DNA of 64,000 nt from Candidatus Amesbacteria bacterium RIFCSPLOWO2_01_FULL_48_25 (GTDB lineage Bacteria; Patescibacteriota; Microgenomatia; CAZETR01; Amesbacteraceae). The DNA is taken from contig MEXN01000005.1 in the NCBI GenBank assembly GCA_001773695.1, forward strand, positions 3,687 through 67,686, read 5' to 3'. Positions 8,931 to 17,953 of the stretch are shown piece after piece (positions within the stretch are counted from its first letter, which is position 1; each line of letters begins with the position of its first letter). A program made the translations under genes and the position numbers. The notes under the pieces were generated by a model that was not told where the DNA came from, made no database searches, and saw only the letters and a list, made by a program, of their open reading frames with translations.

Positions 8931-9962
8931 ATGTGGATTGGTTTAGCTTATAACGTAAAACATGAGGAAACGGGGCGGGAGATGGGGAAGCTGGTGGAGC
9001 TGGATTTTGACTCTTGGGAGGTGATAGAAGGACTAAAAAAGACGTTGGAGAGGCTGGGGCATACTGTGGCTATGGTCGAGGCGGATGAAGAGGCGTTTGA
9101 TAAATTGAGAAATTTAAAGGGAAAGGTAGATATTGTTTTTAATATTGCCGAGGGCTTACATGGAGACGCGCGGGAGGCGCAGGTGCCGCTTTTTTGCGAG
9201 ATACTGGGGCTAGCTTATACACATTCCGGGCCGACGACGCATGCAGTGAAGCTGGATAAGCACATGGCAAAACTGGCGGTAAAGGGAGCCGGAGTAAAAG
9301 TGCCGGAGGGATTTGTGGTCAGACATGCTGAAGTGCCTGAATTGCCGGAGGTGAAAATGCCAGTAATAGTTAAACCCAATGCCCAGGGGTCAAGTATCGG
9401 GGTGTTTGATACCAATGTGGTGAAAGAAAAGGAAAAGCTGGCGGGTGTAATAAAGGAAGTTTCCAAGGGCGGAAAGTGGGAAGTGGTGGTGGAGGAATAT
9501 ATCGAGGGGCGGGAATTTACGGTCTCTCTGTTGGGTAACGATCCTGTAGAAGTATTGCCGATCATAGAGCAAAAATTCGGTTTCTTGCCGCCGGGGATGA
9601 ATAGAATTGCGGGATATGAGGTGAAATGGATATACGAGACGCAGTTGGCTGATATTACCGAGGCATATAGCTGCCCAGCTGATATAGATCGTGATTTGAG
9701 AGAGGAGATAGAGAAAACGTCGGTAAATATTTTTAAGTCACTAAATGTCAAAGATTGTGCAAGGATTGATTTTAGACTGGATGAGCGTGATAATTTGTAT
9801 TTTTTGGAGATAAACACGTTGCCGGGGTTGAATCCCGATCCGGCCGGGCCGTCTTATTTTGTGTACGCTGCATTTAAAGCTGGAATGACATATGAGCAAC
9901 TGGTTGAGAGGATACTATTGGAGGGCTGCAGGAGGTGGGGGTTGACAGAAAAGGGGTTGTGA
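8931..9962 (+). CDS. ddl: D-alanine-D-alanine ligase family ATP-grasp enzyme
   Basis: FNIAEG, VKPNAQGSSIG, EEYIEGRE, ARIDFR, LEINTLPGL. Confidence 0.85.
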   Translation: MWIGLAYNVKHEETGREMGKLVELDFDSWEVIEGLKKTLERLGHTVAMVEADEEAFDKLRNLKGKVDIVFNIAEGLHGDAREAQVPLFCEILGLAYTHSGPTTHAVKLDKHMAKLAVKGAGVKVPEGFVVRHAEVPELPEVKMPVIVKPNAQGSSIGVFDTNVVKEKEKLAGVIKEVSKGGKWEVVVEEYIEGREFTVSLLGNDPVEVLPIIEQKFGFLPPGMNRIAGYEVKWIYETQLADITEAYSCPADIDRDLREEIEKTSVNIFKSLNVKDCARIDFRLDERDNLYFLEINTLPGLNPDPAGPSYFVYAAFKAGMTYEQLVERILLEGCRRWGLTEKGL

Positions 9963-9975
9963 ATATAGTATCGGG

Positions 9976-10221
9976 GTGATGTCGGTGACTTTGGGAGAGT
10001 TAAAAAAAAGCTTTCCTGGTGATGGACAATATTATATTGGATTTAGGGCAGGGGGGATGGTTGTGATAGAAGGTAGGGGTGGGGAAAAGATAGGGGGAAA
10101 AATTTTGAAGGGGGTGGATGTGTTTGGGCGAGTTGCGAGTGAAGGTGGTGACATATCGGCAGCAGCAGCGTTGATTGCCCTGGGGGAATTACCGGCTGAA
10201 ACACGGGAAGAATTTTGTTAA
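9976..10221 (+). CDS. Hypothetical protein
   Basis: 81-aa ORF with a -10-like box just upstream. Confidence 0.45.
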   Translation: MMSVTLGELKKSFPGDGQYYIGFRAGGMVVIEGRGGEKIGGKILKGVDVFGRVASEGGDISAAAALIALGELPAETREEFC

Positions 10222-10396
10222 GGTAAAGCGTAAGGATATGTGACTTGAAACGAGCCGGTTTGGGGGAGGAGAGAGGGATGGCTTGGGTGGGGGAGGGGAC
10301 CAAGAATGTAAAAGTCAGAAGAAGCAGAGCGAGACAGTAAATAACAGGTAGTTGACAACAGGTGGGGAGTTGATCCAATATGGAGTTGCGACGCAT

Positions 10397-11242
10397 ATGC
10401 GAGATAAAAAAGTGGTAGCGGGTGTGGGTTTGGCAGTATTAGTGTTTGGAGTGGCGGTGGGGGTGAGTTTGGTGCAGCAGAGGTTGGACATTAGGAAGAA
10501 GGCGGCGGGGGGAGCGGCTTCGTATTTGAAGCTGGAAAAAACATTTACGGTGAATCCGGCAGTTGGAACACTATTTGATGTATATGTGACTTTAAATACC
10601 GACGGGGTGGCGGTGGGGGCGGTAGATGCGGTGGTTAATTTTAGCCGGGGAGCGTTGGAACTGGTGGATGTGATAGTGACACCTAGGACAGGTAATGCTG
10701 GGGGTGAGCTGCGGGCGTTTTTGCCGGTAACTGGGACGACGACCAAAACATTTGATAAAGTAAAAGTGGTTGCCCAGGCAAATACTACCGGGGGAATTGT
10801 GTTGGGGGCGGTGGCGCAAGACTTAAATACTGGGGCTGTGCTTAGTGGCTTTAACGGGAGTTTGGGCACCGGTAACCCATTGGCTGTCTTGCGGTTTAAA
10901 GGGCTGACCGGGGGGACGACTAGTTTGAATTGGCAATATTCCACTGGGGCGACGAATGACACCAATATGGTAAGCGTATCGTCGCCGACGGATATTTTGG
11001 CAAGTGTAGCAGGATTGAGTGTGACGGTGGCTTCGTCTGTCACCGGGACGCCAGTGCCTCCACCTACGGGAGCGTTTCTAGTTGGGGATATTAATAGGGA
11101 CGGGTGTGTCAACGTCCAGGATTACATACTGCTCTCTAATGCCTACGGGACGAATAACTCGGCTGCAGATTTGAATGGGGATGGGATAGTCAATGTCCAG
11201 GATTACATATTGTTAAGCAACAACTTTGGCCGATGTTCGTGA
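10397..11242 (+). CDS. Cohesin + dockerin domain surface protein
   Basis: N-terminal TM, cohesin-like beta domain, duplicated D(I/L)NxDGxVNVQDYILLSN dockerin repeat. Confidence 0.8.
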   Translation: MRDKKVVAGVGLAVLVFGVAVGVSLVQQRLDIRKKAAGGAASYLKLEKTFTVNPAVGTLFDVYVTLNTDGVAVGAVDAVVNFSRGALELVDVIVTPRTGNAGGELRAFLPVTGTTTKTFDKVKVVAQANTTGGIVLGAVAQDLNTGAVLSGFNGSLGTGNPLAVLRFKGLTGGTTSLNWQYSTGATNDTNMVSVSSPTDILASVAGLSVTVASSVTGTPVPPPTGAFLVGDINRDGCVNVQDYILLSNAYGTNNSAADLNGDGIVNVQDYILLSNNFGRCS

Positions 11243-11266
11243 AAAAGATCATATTGACAAGCGATT

Positions 11267-12883
11267 ATGAATAGTAGCACTATGGATAGTATGCGAGATT
11301 TGTTGAGGCGGCATTTGCTGGCTGCACTAGTCATTTTGCTGATGCTGCCGCTGGGAGTGATTTTGGCGCTGCGGCAGACGAGGTTGGGGAGTAAGGCAGC
11401 GGGCACGGCAATATTGTCAATTGCGCCTACTAATGTGCTGATAGCTCCGAACACGGCGGGGACGTTTGATGTCTTTTTGGATCCGCGGGGTGAGAATGTG
11501 GCGGGGATGGATGTGACGATTAGATACGATTTTAATGTGATTGGGGTAACCGACGTAACGCCGGGGGCGTTTTTCAACTCAGCTGCAGGGAGTCCTCAGG
11601 TGCTTCTTAAGGATATTACTACTGAACCGGGAATTGTCAGATATTCGGTGGCCTTTCCTTTGGGGAGCCAGGTGACTTCTTCTACAGCTGGGGTGGCGGC
11701 TACTATACGTTTTACGAGCCGGACGGCTGGTTCGACTGTGCTTGATATCTTGAGTGTATATGGGACGTTTAGGACAGTGGTGACTAACGGTCTGGGGGCG
11801 GATGTGTTGGGGACTATTAATGATGGAAATCTGATTGTGAACGGTCCGCCTACCGGTCAGGGTAGACTGTATTTTGCTGGTCCCAATCCGGCTAATCCTC
11901 AGGCAATTGGTACTACCTTTAATATGGAGGTGCGGGCGGGTACTGGAGGCCAGAGTATTGATGGCCTGGATGCAAGAATTAGATTTGACTCTAACGTGAT
12001 GAGGGTAGTGAGTTTGTCCCAAGGACCGGTTTTCGCTTCGTATCCGGCGATAACATATTGTAATGCCAACCAGACGTGTGCTGCTGGCATGGTGCCGGGG
12101 CAGATAGAAATATCGGCTAATATTGGGAGTGGTGACACTGCTACGCCGGTTAACGGGGATCCGGTGATAGTCGCTGGTATAGTATTTATGCCGTTTGCTA
12201 ACACTGCCGGGACGAGTATTTCATATCTTTTTAATGGAGTGGGGGACAGGAACGACAGTAATATGGTGTTGTATGGCTCGGGTACGCTCCAGGATCCGAT
12301 TGATATACTGGGTTCGGTGACAAATGCCAATATCGTAATCGGAGAAGGGGGGGCTACTCCCACCAATACGCCGGTCCCGACTGTGACTGGGGCGCCGACG
12401 CTAACGCCAACGCCGGGAGCGGGATTGGTGACTTTCAGGTTTGCTTTCGAAGGAAGATTGCGGGCAGGCGTGAGCCGGGCTAAGACTGTGACTGTTATCA
12501 AACGGACGCTGCCTACTGGGACTGAGACTATATCTACGGTAAACACGAATTCAAATGGCGAGGCAGCAATCAGTGTTTCGCCTGGCAGCTATATCTTTTA
12601 TGCCGATACGGCTGGTTATCTGAAACGTAGATTTGGAACGCTGACTTCCCCTGTAGTCATTGCGACGGGGCAGACGGTGGTGGACTTTACGAGCACCCCA
12701 CTTAAGGGAGGGGATTTGACGAGCGATGGAATAGTGAATGCGGTTGACTATACGTCGGTGTTCTTGCAAGCCTTCTTGAGTACTAATCAGACAGTGGATT
12801 TGGACGGCAGCGGGCTGGTTAATAATTTGGACTTCAGCATCATGAGAAGGAACTGGTTCCAGGTAGACGATATATTGCAATAA
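11267..12883 (+). CDS. Double-cohesin + dockerin-like surface protein
   Basis: TM, two cohesin-like domains, PT linker, GDLTSDGIVNAVD..DLDGSGLVNNLD. Confidence 0.78.
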   Translation: MNSSTMDSMRDLLRRHLLAALVILLMLPLGVILALRQTRLGSKAAGTAILSIAPTNVLIAPNTAGTFDVFLDPRGENVAGMDVTIRYDFNVIGVTDVTPGAFFNSAAGSPQVLLKDITTEPGIVRYSVAFPLGSQVTSSTAGVAATIRFTSRTAGSTVLDILSVYGTFRTVVTNGLGADVLGTINDGNLIVNGPPTGQGRLYFAGPNPANPQAIGTTFNMEVRAGTGGQSIDGLDARIRFDSNVMRVVSLSQGPVFASYPAITYCNANQTCAAGMVPGQIEISANIGSGDTATPVNGDPVIVAGIVFMPFANTAGTSISYLFNGVGDRNDSNMVLYGSGTLQDPIDILGSVTNANIVIGEGGATPTNTPVPTVTGAPTLTPTPGAGLVTFRFAFEGRLRAGVSRAKTVTVIKRTLPTGTETISTVNTNSNGEAAISVSPGSYIFYADTAGYLKRRFGTLTSPVVIATGQTVVDFTSTPLKGGDLTSDGIVNAVDYTSVFLQAFLSTNQTVDLDGSGLVNNLDFSIMRRNWFQVDDILQ

Positions 12884-13743
12884 TGGTCAGGGTAGGCTTA
12901 TGGTTGGCGGTGACGGTCTTTTTGGTGGGAGGGCTGGTGGGTACGGCCGGGGCGGCAGCAGAGCCGAGCTTAGGGTTTGTACCGGTTTCGAAGGTAATTA
13001 AGGTGGGGGAGAGGTTTACGGCTCAGATAGTAATGGATACTGCGGGAGCTGAAGTGGGAGGGGCGGATATGATGCTAGTTTACGATCCGGAGAAGGTAAC
13101 TGTGGTGGAAGTGGTGCCGGGGACTTTATTTGATGATTATCCAATTGCCGCATTTGATAACGAAACGGGTAAAATATCTTTTTCCGGGATTGTTTCATCC
13201 AAAGACAGGTTGTATAGCGGGAGGGGAACTTTGGGATCGGTTACATTTATGGGGCGGGCGGCGGGGGTGAGCATTGTCAAGTTTGAATTTACGCTGGGAG
13301 ATACCCGGGATTCGAATATAGCCGTGACTTATGAGCCGGGGGATATTTTAGCTAAGGTTGATAATTTGACGATAGTAGTTGGGGGCGGCGACGAAGTAGT
13401 GGAGGCGGAAGTGACCCCAACGCCGGCTGGGAATGTGAGTCCAACCCCCACACCGGTGGTTGGATTGTGGGACCGGGTGCTTATAGCACTAGGCTTAAAG
13501 AGCGGGCAGGGGTATCCCGGCGATCTGAATGGCCCGTTGGTGTCCCAGGCGCCCAAGAGAGATTTGGGGGCTACCGAGCCGGCAATGGAGACAGTGGGAG
13601 GTCAGGGGGGTAAGTTGTGGATGTGGTGGGTGCTACTGGCGCTGGTTTTGATCCTAATAATAGTGATAGGGGTAATATGGTGGAGGAGACGGCGTCGTGA
13701 AAGAAAAGAGAAGCCGGTTGTAGGAGGTACGCTTGGGAAGTGA
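12883..13743 (+). CDS. Cohesin-domain protein with C-terminal membrane anchor
   Basis: Signal peptide, GADMMLVYDP..DSNIA cohesin-like domain, C-terminal TM followed by RRRRR. Confidence 0.78.
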   Translation: MVRVGLWLAVTVFLVGGLVGTAGAAAEPSLGFVPVSKVIKVGERFTAQIVMDTAGAEVGGADMMLVYDPEKVTVVEVVPGTLFDDYPIAAFDNETGKISFSGIVSSKDRLYSGRGTLGSVTFMGRAAGVSIVKFEFTLGDTRDSNIAVTYEPGDILAKVDNLTIVVGGGDEVVEAEVTPTPAGNVSPTPTPVVGLWDRVLIALGLKSGQGYPGDLNGPLVSQAPKRDLGATEPAMETVGGQGGKLWMWWVLLALVLILIIVIGVIWWRRRRRERKEKPVVGGTLGK

Positions 13744-13855
13744 AGATTGAGTAGCGGTGGCTCTCGAGCTGGTAATAAACGAATACAAGGCATTGAGAGA
13801 AAAATTGAGGAAACTGGGGTTGTAGACTACTGATATCCGATAGTATAATCTCGAA

Positions 13856-14098
13856 ATGAGTCTGGAAAAACTAGAGATTCCTACCGGGAAGTATAAATGC
13901 ATTAATAATGTGTTGGGGAAGGGGGTTATGATTGGTCCGGGTGACGTAAGAAATTTAAGGGAGAGGGGTACTGGTGGTGTGACTTATTCTGGAATGAGGG
14001 GAAAAAGATGTGACAATTGTCTGGCCAACTGTCCTTTAGGGGGGTTGATGGCCAGAATTGCTGAGGAGAGTAAGAGTATATATCCTGACGTGGAGTAA
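13856..14098 (+). CDS. Small Cys-rich hypothetical protein
   Basis: TATAAT 6 nt before ATG; CDNCLANC. Confidence 0.6.
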   Translation: MSLEKLEIPTGKYKCINNVLGKGVMIGPGDVRNLRERGTGGVTYSGMRGKRCDNCLANCPLGGLMARIAEESKSIYPDVE

Positions 14099-14110
14099 CT
14101 GGCAGTGATT

Positions 14111-14246
14111 TTGCAGGCCCTGGTACATTCAGTTCGCATGAATGTACCCTGGATGGAAAGTATGTGCGTGGTTCGACTACGCTCACCACTCCTGATATCT
14201 TCGTTTCACTTCGACATCAGAACGAACCTGGTACGCTCAAAATTGA
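14111..14246 (+). repeat. att-like site A, interrupted by hairpin elements
   Basis: TTGCAGGCC..CCTGGATGGAAAGTAT..CGAACCTGGTACGCTCAAA; the 16- and 19-bp blocks are identical to site C. Confidence 0.75.
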
Positions 14247-15281
14247 CTAGAGAAAATAGGTGGAGAGGGCGAAGCGGTATTGATCTATCAACAACCTTTT
14301 GATGTGGTAGAGATTGTTGGTTTCAAAAAACAAAATTAGGGCTTGTTTATACTCGTTTTCATCAATGTTCCGATACGAAAGAGGGTAGTAGTCATGGGCA
14401 ATCAAGACTGCGTTTGAAAGCATACGGGAGGTTCGCTTGTTGCCATCCGCGAACGGCTGGAGATAAGAAATTATGGCTGAAATGACCAGAGCTTTTTCCA
14501 AGGGAAATCGGATTTGGTTAACACAATCTAAAACCCGTTTGAAATATTCGGTGATTTGCCACTGATTATCCGGGGGTAGATAAGCGGTTCCCGAGATGCC
14601 TACCTGAACCTGACGAATACCCGTTGAAATATTCAGACCTGACGTTAAGGAGTTGTGCAGTTGGAGAACTGAAGACGGGGAGAGTTGTTTAAAGTCATGG
14701 GGATTTTGCAATATAGTTTCAAAAGCCGCTTTATGATTAAGAATCATGGTTGCGTCGTATAAAGATTTGCCCCGGGCTTGCCTGGCGTCTTTTATTAATC
14801 CCTCAGTTTCTAAAAGAGTGTAGGTATTGCCTTCAATTTTGGAAGATTTCCAAGATAGTTCAATGACAAATCTTTCGAGTTCCCGATAATTTGGTTTTTT
14901 GGGGAAGGGTTTGTAAATATGTTCAAGTTCTGTAAATTCTTCCGTGGTGAACAAACCGGGCAGTTGAGTAAATATTACCGGGTTGAATTGTTTTTGGACG
15001 TTTGGACGCTGGTCCGGATCAAGCTCGAAGTATCCGGCTAAGTTTATCGGTTTTAGCAGGGGGTGAGTGGAAGGAATAAAATATGAGGTGTTTCGGCCAG
15101 CTCCCCGGCCTTGGATTTGGCCGGTGGATATGAGATGTTTCAGGTCGCGGACGAGAGTGGGCTTGGAAACCGGGTAGACCGAAGCCAAAAGGGAGGACAG
15201 TTCCGCCCTGGTGGCCTGATCTTTTGTGCCTAGTATGCCAAGAATTTTTTGCAGCCTGGGAGTGTTTTTCGTCTCATTCAT
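14247..15281 (-). CDS. Fic family protein with N-terminal HTH
   Basis: SSKIEGN, QPFADGNKRTSR; TTGACA-17-TACGAT promoter. Confidence 0.9.
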   Translation of the reverse strand: MNETKNTPRLQKILGILGTKDQATRAELSSLLASVYPVSKPTLVRDLKHLISTGQIQGRGAGRNTSYFIPSTHPLLKPINLAGYFELDPDQRPNVQKQFNPVIFTQLPGLFTTEEFTELEHIYKPFPKKPNYRELERFVIELSWKSSKIEGNTYTLLETEGLIKDARQARGKSLYDATMILNHKAAFETILQNPHDFKQLSPSSVLQLHNSLTSGLNISTGIRQVQVGISGTAYLPPDNQWQITEYFKRVLDCVNQIRFPLEKALVISAIISYLQPFADGNKRTSRMLSNAVLIAHDYYPLSYRNIDENEYKQALILFFETNNLYHIKRLLIDQYRFALSTYFL

Positions 15282-15320
15282 ATGCGTTTATCGTATCATT
15301 TTGAGACGAAAGTGTCAAGT

Positions 15321-15398
15321 TTGCAGGCCTTGGTGGACTATGTGGGAACGTATTTCAGCCTGAATTGGAGGATGTATAGAGGGTTGGCTTTTGGATGA
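15321..15398 (+). repeat. att-like site B / orphan recombinase tail
   Basis: TTGCAGGCCTTGGTGGAC..GGAACG; reads LQALVDYVGTYFSLN..LAFG*. Confidence 0.65.
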
Positions 15399-15593
15399 CT
15401 AGGGGGTTGTTGTGCCTATGAAGTAGATTGAGTTTGGAGATGCCAGGGATGCGGTACCAACGATAGTTGCCGAAGGGGAGACGGGTGCCGTGTTGAAGTG
15501 TAAATGAGGCAGGTCGTCTAGGTGCTCGTGCACAAACAGCGGAGTAACGACTGATGTGGCTATAAGACAGTAAACGATTGGTTTTGTTGACAT
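15399..15593 (-). CDS. Small hypothetical protein
   Basis: 64-aa ORF with a hydrophobic N-terminus. Confidence 0.4.
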   Translation of the reverse strand: MSTKPIVYCLIATSVVTPLFVHEHLDDLPHLHFNTAPVSPSATIVGTASLASPNSIYFIGTTTP

Positions 15594-15641
15594 GGATATA
15601 TTTTACTCTGACAATCAATGATTTGGTGGTAGAATTTAGGT

Positions 15642-16109
15642 ATGTTAACGCTAGTACCAAGGGATTTTAAGGTTCCAGAGAGGTTAGATTGTCCGAGATT
15701 TGTAATCAGGAAATTGTGTGCGAGCGACGTGTATTTGGACTATATGGCAGTGATGTCCAGCGTTGACATTATTAAGAGGACCCGGGGTGGAAAGTGGCCA
15801 ACACCGGCATTAACTTTTGAGGACGATTTGATTGACTTGGCTTGGCACCAGAGAGAGTTTGAATTTAAGAGCAGTTTCGCCTATACGGTTGTGAACAAAG
15901 AAGGAACGGAATGTTTAGGTTGTTTGTATTTTTTTAAGCCAGGAACGAGGAAAAATCCTCCGGAGAACGCAGATGTGGATGTAAGTTTTTGGGTCACCCA
16001 GAAAGGGTATGAGGTCGGTTTATATCCGGAGCTTTATCAAGTTATCAAGGATTGGCTGAATGAGTGGCCGTTTAAGAAACCATATTGGTCAAATTCCGAA
16101 TTACCCTAG
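15642..16109 (+). CDS. GNAT-like (RimJ/RimL-type) protein
   Basis: FAYTV..ECLGCLY, DVSFWV; extended -10 6 nt upstream. Confidence 0.7.
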   Translation: MLTLVPRDFKVPERLDCPRFVIRKLCASDVYLDYMAVMSSVDIIKRTRGGKWPTPALTFEDDLIDLAWHQREFEFKSSFAYTVVNKEGTECLGCLYFFKPGTRKNPPENADVDVSFWVTQKGYEVGLYPELYQVIKDWLNEWPFKKPYWSNSELP

Positions 16110-16110
16110 A

Positions 16111-16188
16111 ATGAAAACAGCTTTAGTTACGGGGGTTTCAACTGGGATTGGGAGGGCGGTGGTACAAGCAGCTTCGTGCTTGTACTAA
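16111..16188 (+). pseudogene. 5' fragment of an SDR oxidoreductase
   Basis: MKTALVTGVSTGIGRAV then a hairpin and stop; similar to the start of the SDR at 18422. Confidence 0.75.
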
Positions 16189-16212
16189 AGTACGATTAGC
16201 TTTGTGAACGTA

Positions 16213-16473
16213 CTAAAGCGGTTTGTCCAACGTGTTTTTGAGCATAGAGTGAATGCGTTTCCAGCCGGCGGTTGTTTTAAAGTACTTTTCGCATTCTAGA
16301 GCGTCAGGTTGACTTGTAAAGGCAGAATAATAGATTAAATCATATGGCGCATTGGGCTTCGTAGCTTTGTTTTCTGATGAGTTATGCGATTTTAATCTGG
16401 CTTTCAAGTCGGTTGTGTAACCAAGATACAGTTTATTATTTTTTTGGCTTCGAAGTATGTAGAAGTAAAACAT
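16213..16473 (-). CDS. GIY-YIG nuclease
   Basis: FYFYILRS..LYLGYTTDLKARL..H..ALECEKYFK. Confidence 0.9.
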   Translation of the reverse strand: MFYFYILRSQKNNKLYLGYTTDLKARLKSHNSSENKATKPNAPYDLIYYSAFTSQPDALECEKYFKTTAGWKRIHSMLKNTLDKPL

Positions 16474-16481
16474 ACAGGGCA

Positions 16482-16597
16482 GGATACGTTCATGTAAACT
16501 GAACGTATCAGGCTACAATTCAGGCTCGTTGTTTAAGCGAGGCAAGGTGGGCAGGATGGCTTGCTACGTTCACGAGCGGAGCGAGCTGAATGTAGCA
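16482..16597. repeat. TAC(G/A)TTCA..TGAA(C/T)GTA hairpin pair
   Basis: GATACGTTCA-7-TGAACGTATC and TGCTACGTTCA-14-TGAATGTAGCA; a related copy lies at 14123-14147. Confidence 0.75.
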
Positions 16598-16640
16598 GGC
16601 CTGGATGGAAAGTATTCGAACCTGGTACGCTCAAATTTGA
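16595..16640 (+). repeat. att-like site C
   Basis: GCAGGCCTGGATGGAAAGTATTCGAACCTGGTACGCTCAAA; reads QAWMESIRTWYAQI*. Confidence 0.75.
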
Positions 16641-16954
16641 ATAGCTGGAGGGTTAGTGGATCTAATGGCTCCGAGGGTAGTAAGGGGTGAGGCTGAAGCG
16701 TATTCTTCCGGCGTTACTCCATAGGCGTGCAGGTCATAAGGGAAGCCAACGCTAGCACGGTAGATGATTTTTAGTCTGGAATCCGGGTCGTATTTGGAGA
16801 AATCGGATGATAGGATAAGCAGATCCACATCGCTGTCTTCTTTGTTGGTGCCGGCTGGTAGTGAGCCGTACAAGATGGCTTGGTCCACGGAGACATACTT
16901 TTGTAGGCGGCCTAGGTATTGTTTGATTAGTGGGGTAATTGTTGTTTGATCCAT
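16631..16954 (-). CDS. Minimal nucleotidyltransferase (MNT)
   Basis: ILYGS..DSDVDLLI; start MDQTT at 16954. Confidence 0.85.
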   Translation of the reverse strand: MDQTTITPLIKQYLGRLQKYVSVDQAILYGSLPAGTNKEDSDVDLLILSSDFSKYDPDSRLKIIYRASVGFPYDLHAYGVTPEEYASASPLTTLGAIRSTNPPAIQI

Positions 16955-17307
16955 ATAAAAACCTCCTGGGTTTTGGAGTAAGTAGGCTCGACTGATTCTT
17001 TGGAGGTGTAAACGAACCTTTGGAAGTCGGGATAGCGGACACGCCAAAAGTGGCGGGTAATTTCTGCTAGGTCTTCAAGCCAAATTTCAGGGAATTTTAA
17101 TGTGGTTTGACGAGCCAGAGCATCCAGATTATGGGATTTGGGTGGAAGCTGGTTTGCAAACTGGACGATGCAGCCCTTTAGTAACTTTTCTAGAGCTTGG
17201 TGGCAGCAGTAGACGGCCATAGAGTATCTGGAACCGTTGTAAAGAAATTCAGCGTCTTTTAGACTTTCTTCGGCTTGATCCAGCCACGTCTTGGCTTCGT
17301 CTTTCAT
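16927..17307 (-). CDS. HEPN domain protein
   Basis: WLDQAEESL, CHQALEKLLKG, SHNL, RYPD. Confidence 0.88.
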   Translation of the reverse strand: MKDEAKTWLDQAEESLKDAEFLYNGSRYSMAVYCCHQALEKLLKGCIVQFANQLPPKSHNLDALARQTTLKFPEIWLEDLAEITRHFWRVRYPDFQRFVYTSKESVEPTYSKTQEVFIWIKQQLPH

Positions 17308-17341
17308 GGACTTAGTATACCACGGCTGGAATTACAAGTTT

Positions 17342-17452
17342 TTGCAGGCCCTATTGGACGTAATCAGGAACGCTTGGGTGAATCTGAATAGCTTTGATTT
17401 TGGGATGGAGGGGGTGGGGAGGCTGCTGAAACCGGAATTGGCTTTTGCGTAA
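17342..17452 (+). repeat. att-like site D / orphan recombinase tail
   Basis: TTGCAGGCCCTATTGGAC..AGGAACG; reads LQALLDVIRNAWVNLN..LAFA*. Confidence 0.65.
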
Positions 17453-17482
17453 ATAGGCGGGAGGGGATAGAATTCGGATGGT

Positions 17483-17953
17483 ATGGATATTGAGGGACTA
17501 CGGAAGTTTTTGATTGATTCAAACAGGGCTGGTTATGCCGGAGGGGAGGAGAAGAAATGGATTAAGGAACCGGACGGGTCGACCCGGATTCCATTTGAGA
17601 AGGGGGAGTGGAGGTCAGATGACCATTTTTACGGTGGTGAGCCGTATGTGGGAATGATGATTGTTTCTTATGAAAGCCGTGCGGTTTGGTCAATGATTTA
17701 CTACGGCTGGGTGGTGGAAGGTGTGGAAGCGGAGGCTGTATATGGGATATTGAGAGGTGCGTTGATGCAAATGCCGGAGGAATACCCATACCGAGGGCCG
17801 CAGGAGTACAAACGGGGCGACTTTGTATACCGAAATAAGTGGGATGGAGAGTTGGACAGATTTTCAGGTGAAGAGACGATTGAGCAAAGGGGAAAGCTGA
17901 TTTACAAGGCGGATTACCGTGGAGGAGAGGTAGATAAAAGGAGGGGAGTATGA
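17483..17953 (+). CDS. DUF5680-like protein
   Basis: GYAGG, D.FYGGE, VWSMIYYG, PYRGP, FSGEETI. Confidence 0.7.
   Translation: MDIEGLRKFLIDSNRAGYAGGEEKKWIKEPDGSTRIPFEKGEWRSDDHFYGGEPYVGMMIVSYESRAVWSMIYYGWVVEGVEAEAVYGILRGALMQMPEEYPYRGPQEYKRGDFVYRNKWDGELDRFSGEETIEQRGKLIYKADYRGGEVDKRRGV

Noticed and set aside
14095-14105. GTAACTGGCAG as the true left attachment site matching GTAATTGGCAG at 26295
   Set aside because: Only 10 of 11 bp, lacks the GG, GGA and outer motifs, and could be chance; adjacent site A fits better
14105-14302. 65-aa ORF as a real gene
   Set aside because: It is the translation of att site A plus inserted hairpins and overlaps the Fic 3' end
16595-16635. tRNA gene or fragment (contains TTCGAACC)
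   Set aside because: No cloverleaf can be formed and the spacing to the acceptor-like GCAGG is 5 nt too long; treated as an att half-site
14111-17452. CRISPR array or classical integron
   Set aside because: Repeats are 0.7-1.3 kb apart and degenerate; no cas genes, no tyrosine integrase and no attC R-box structure recognised
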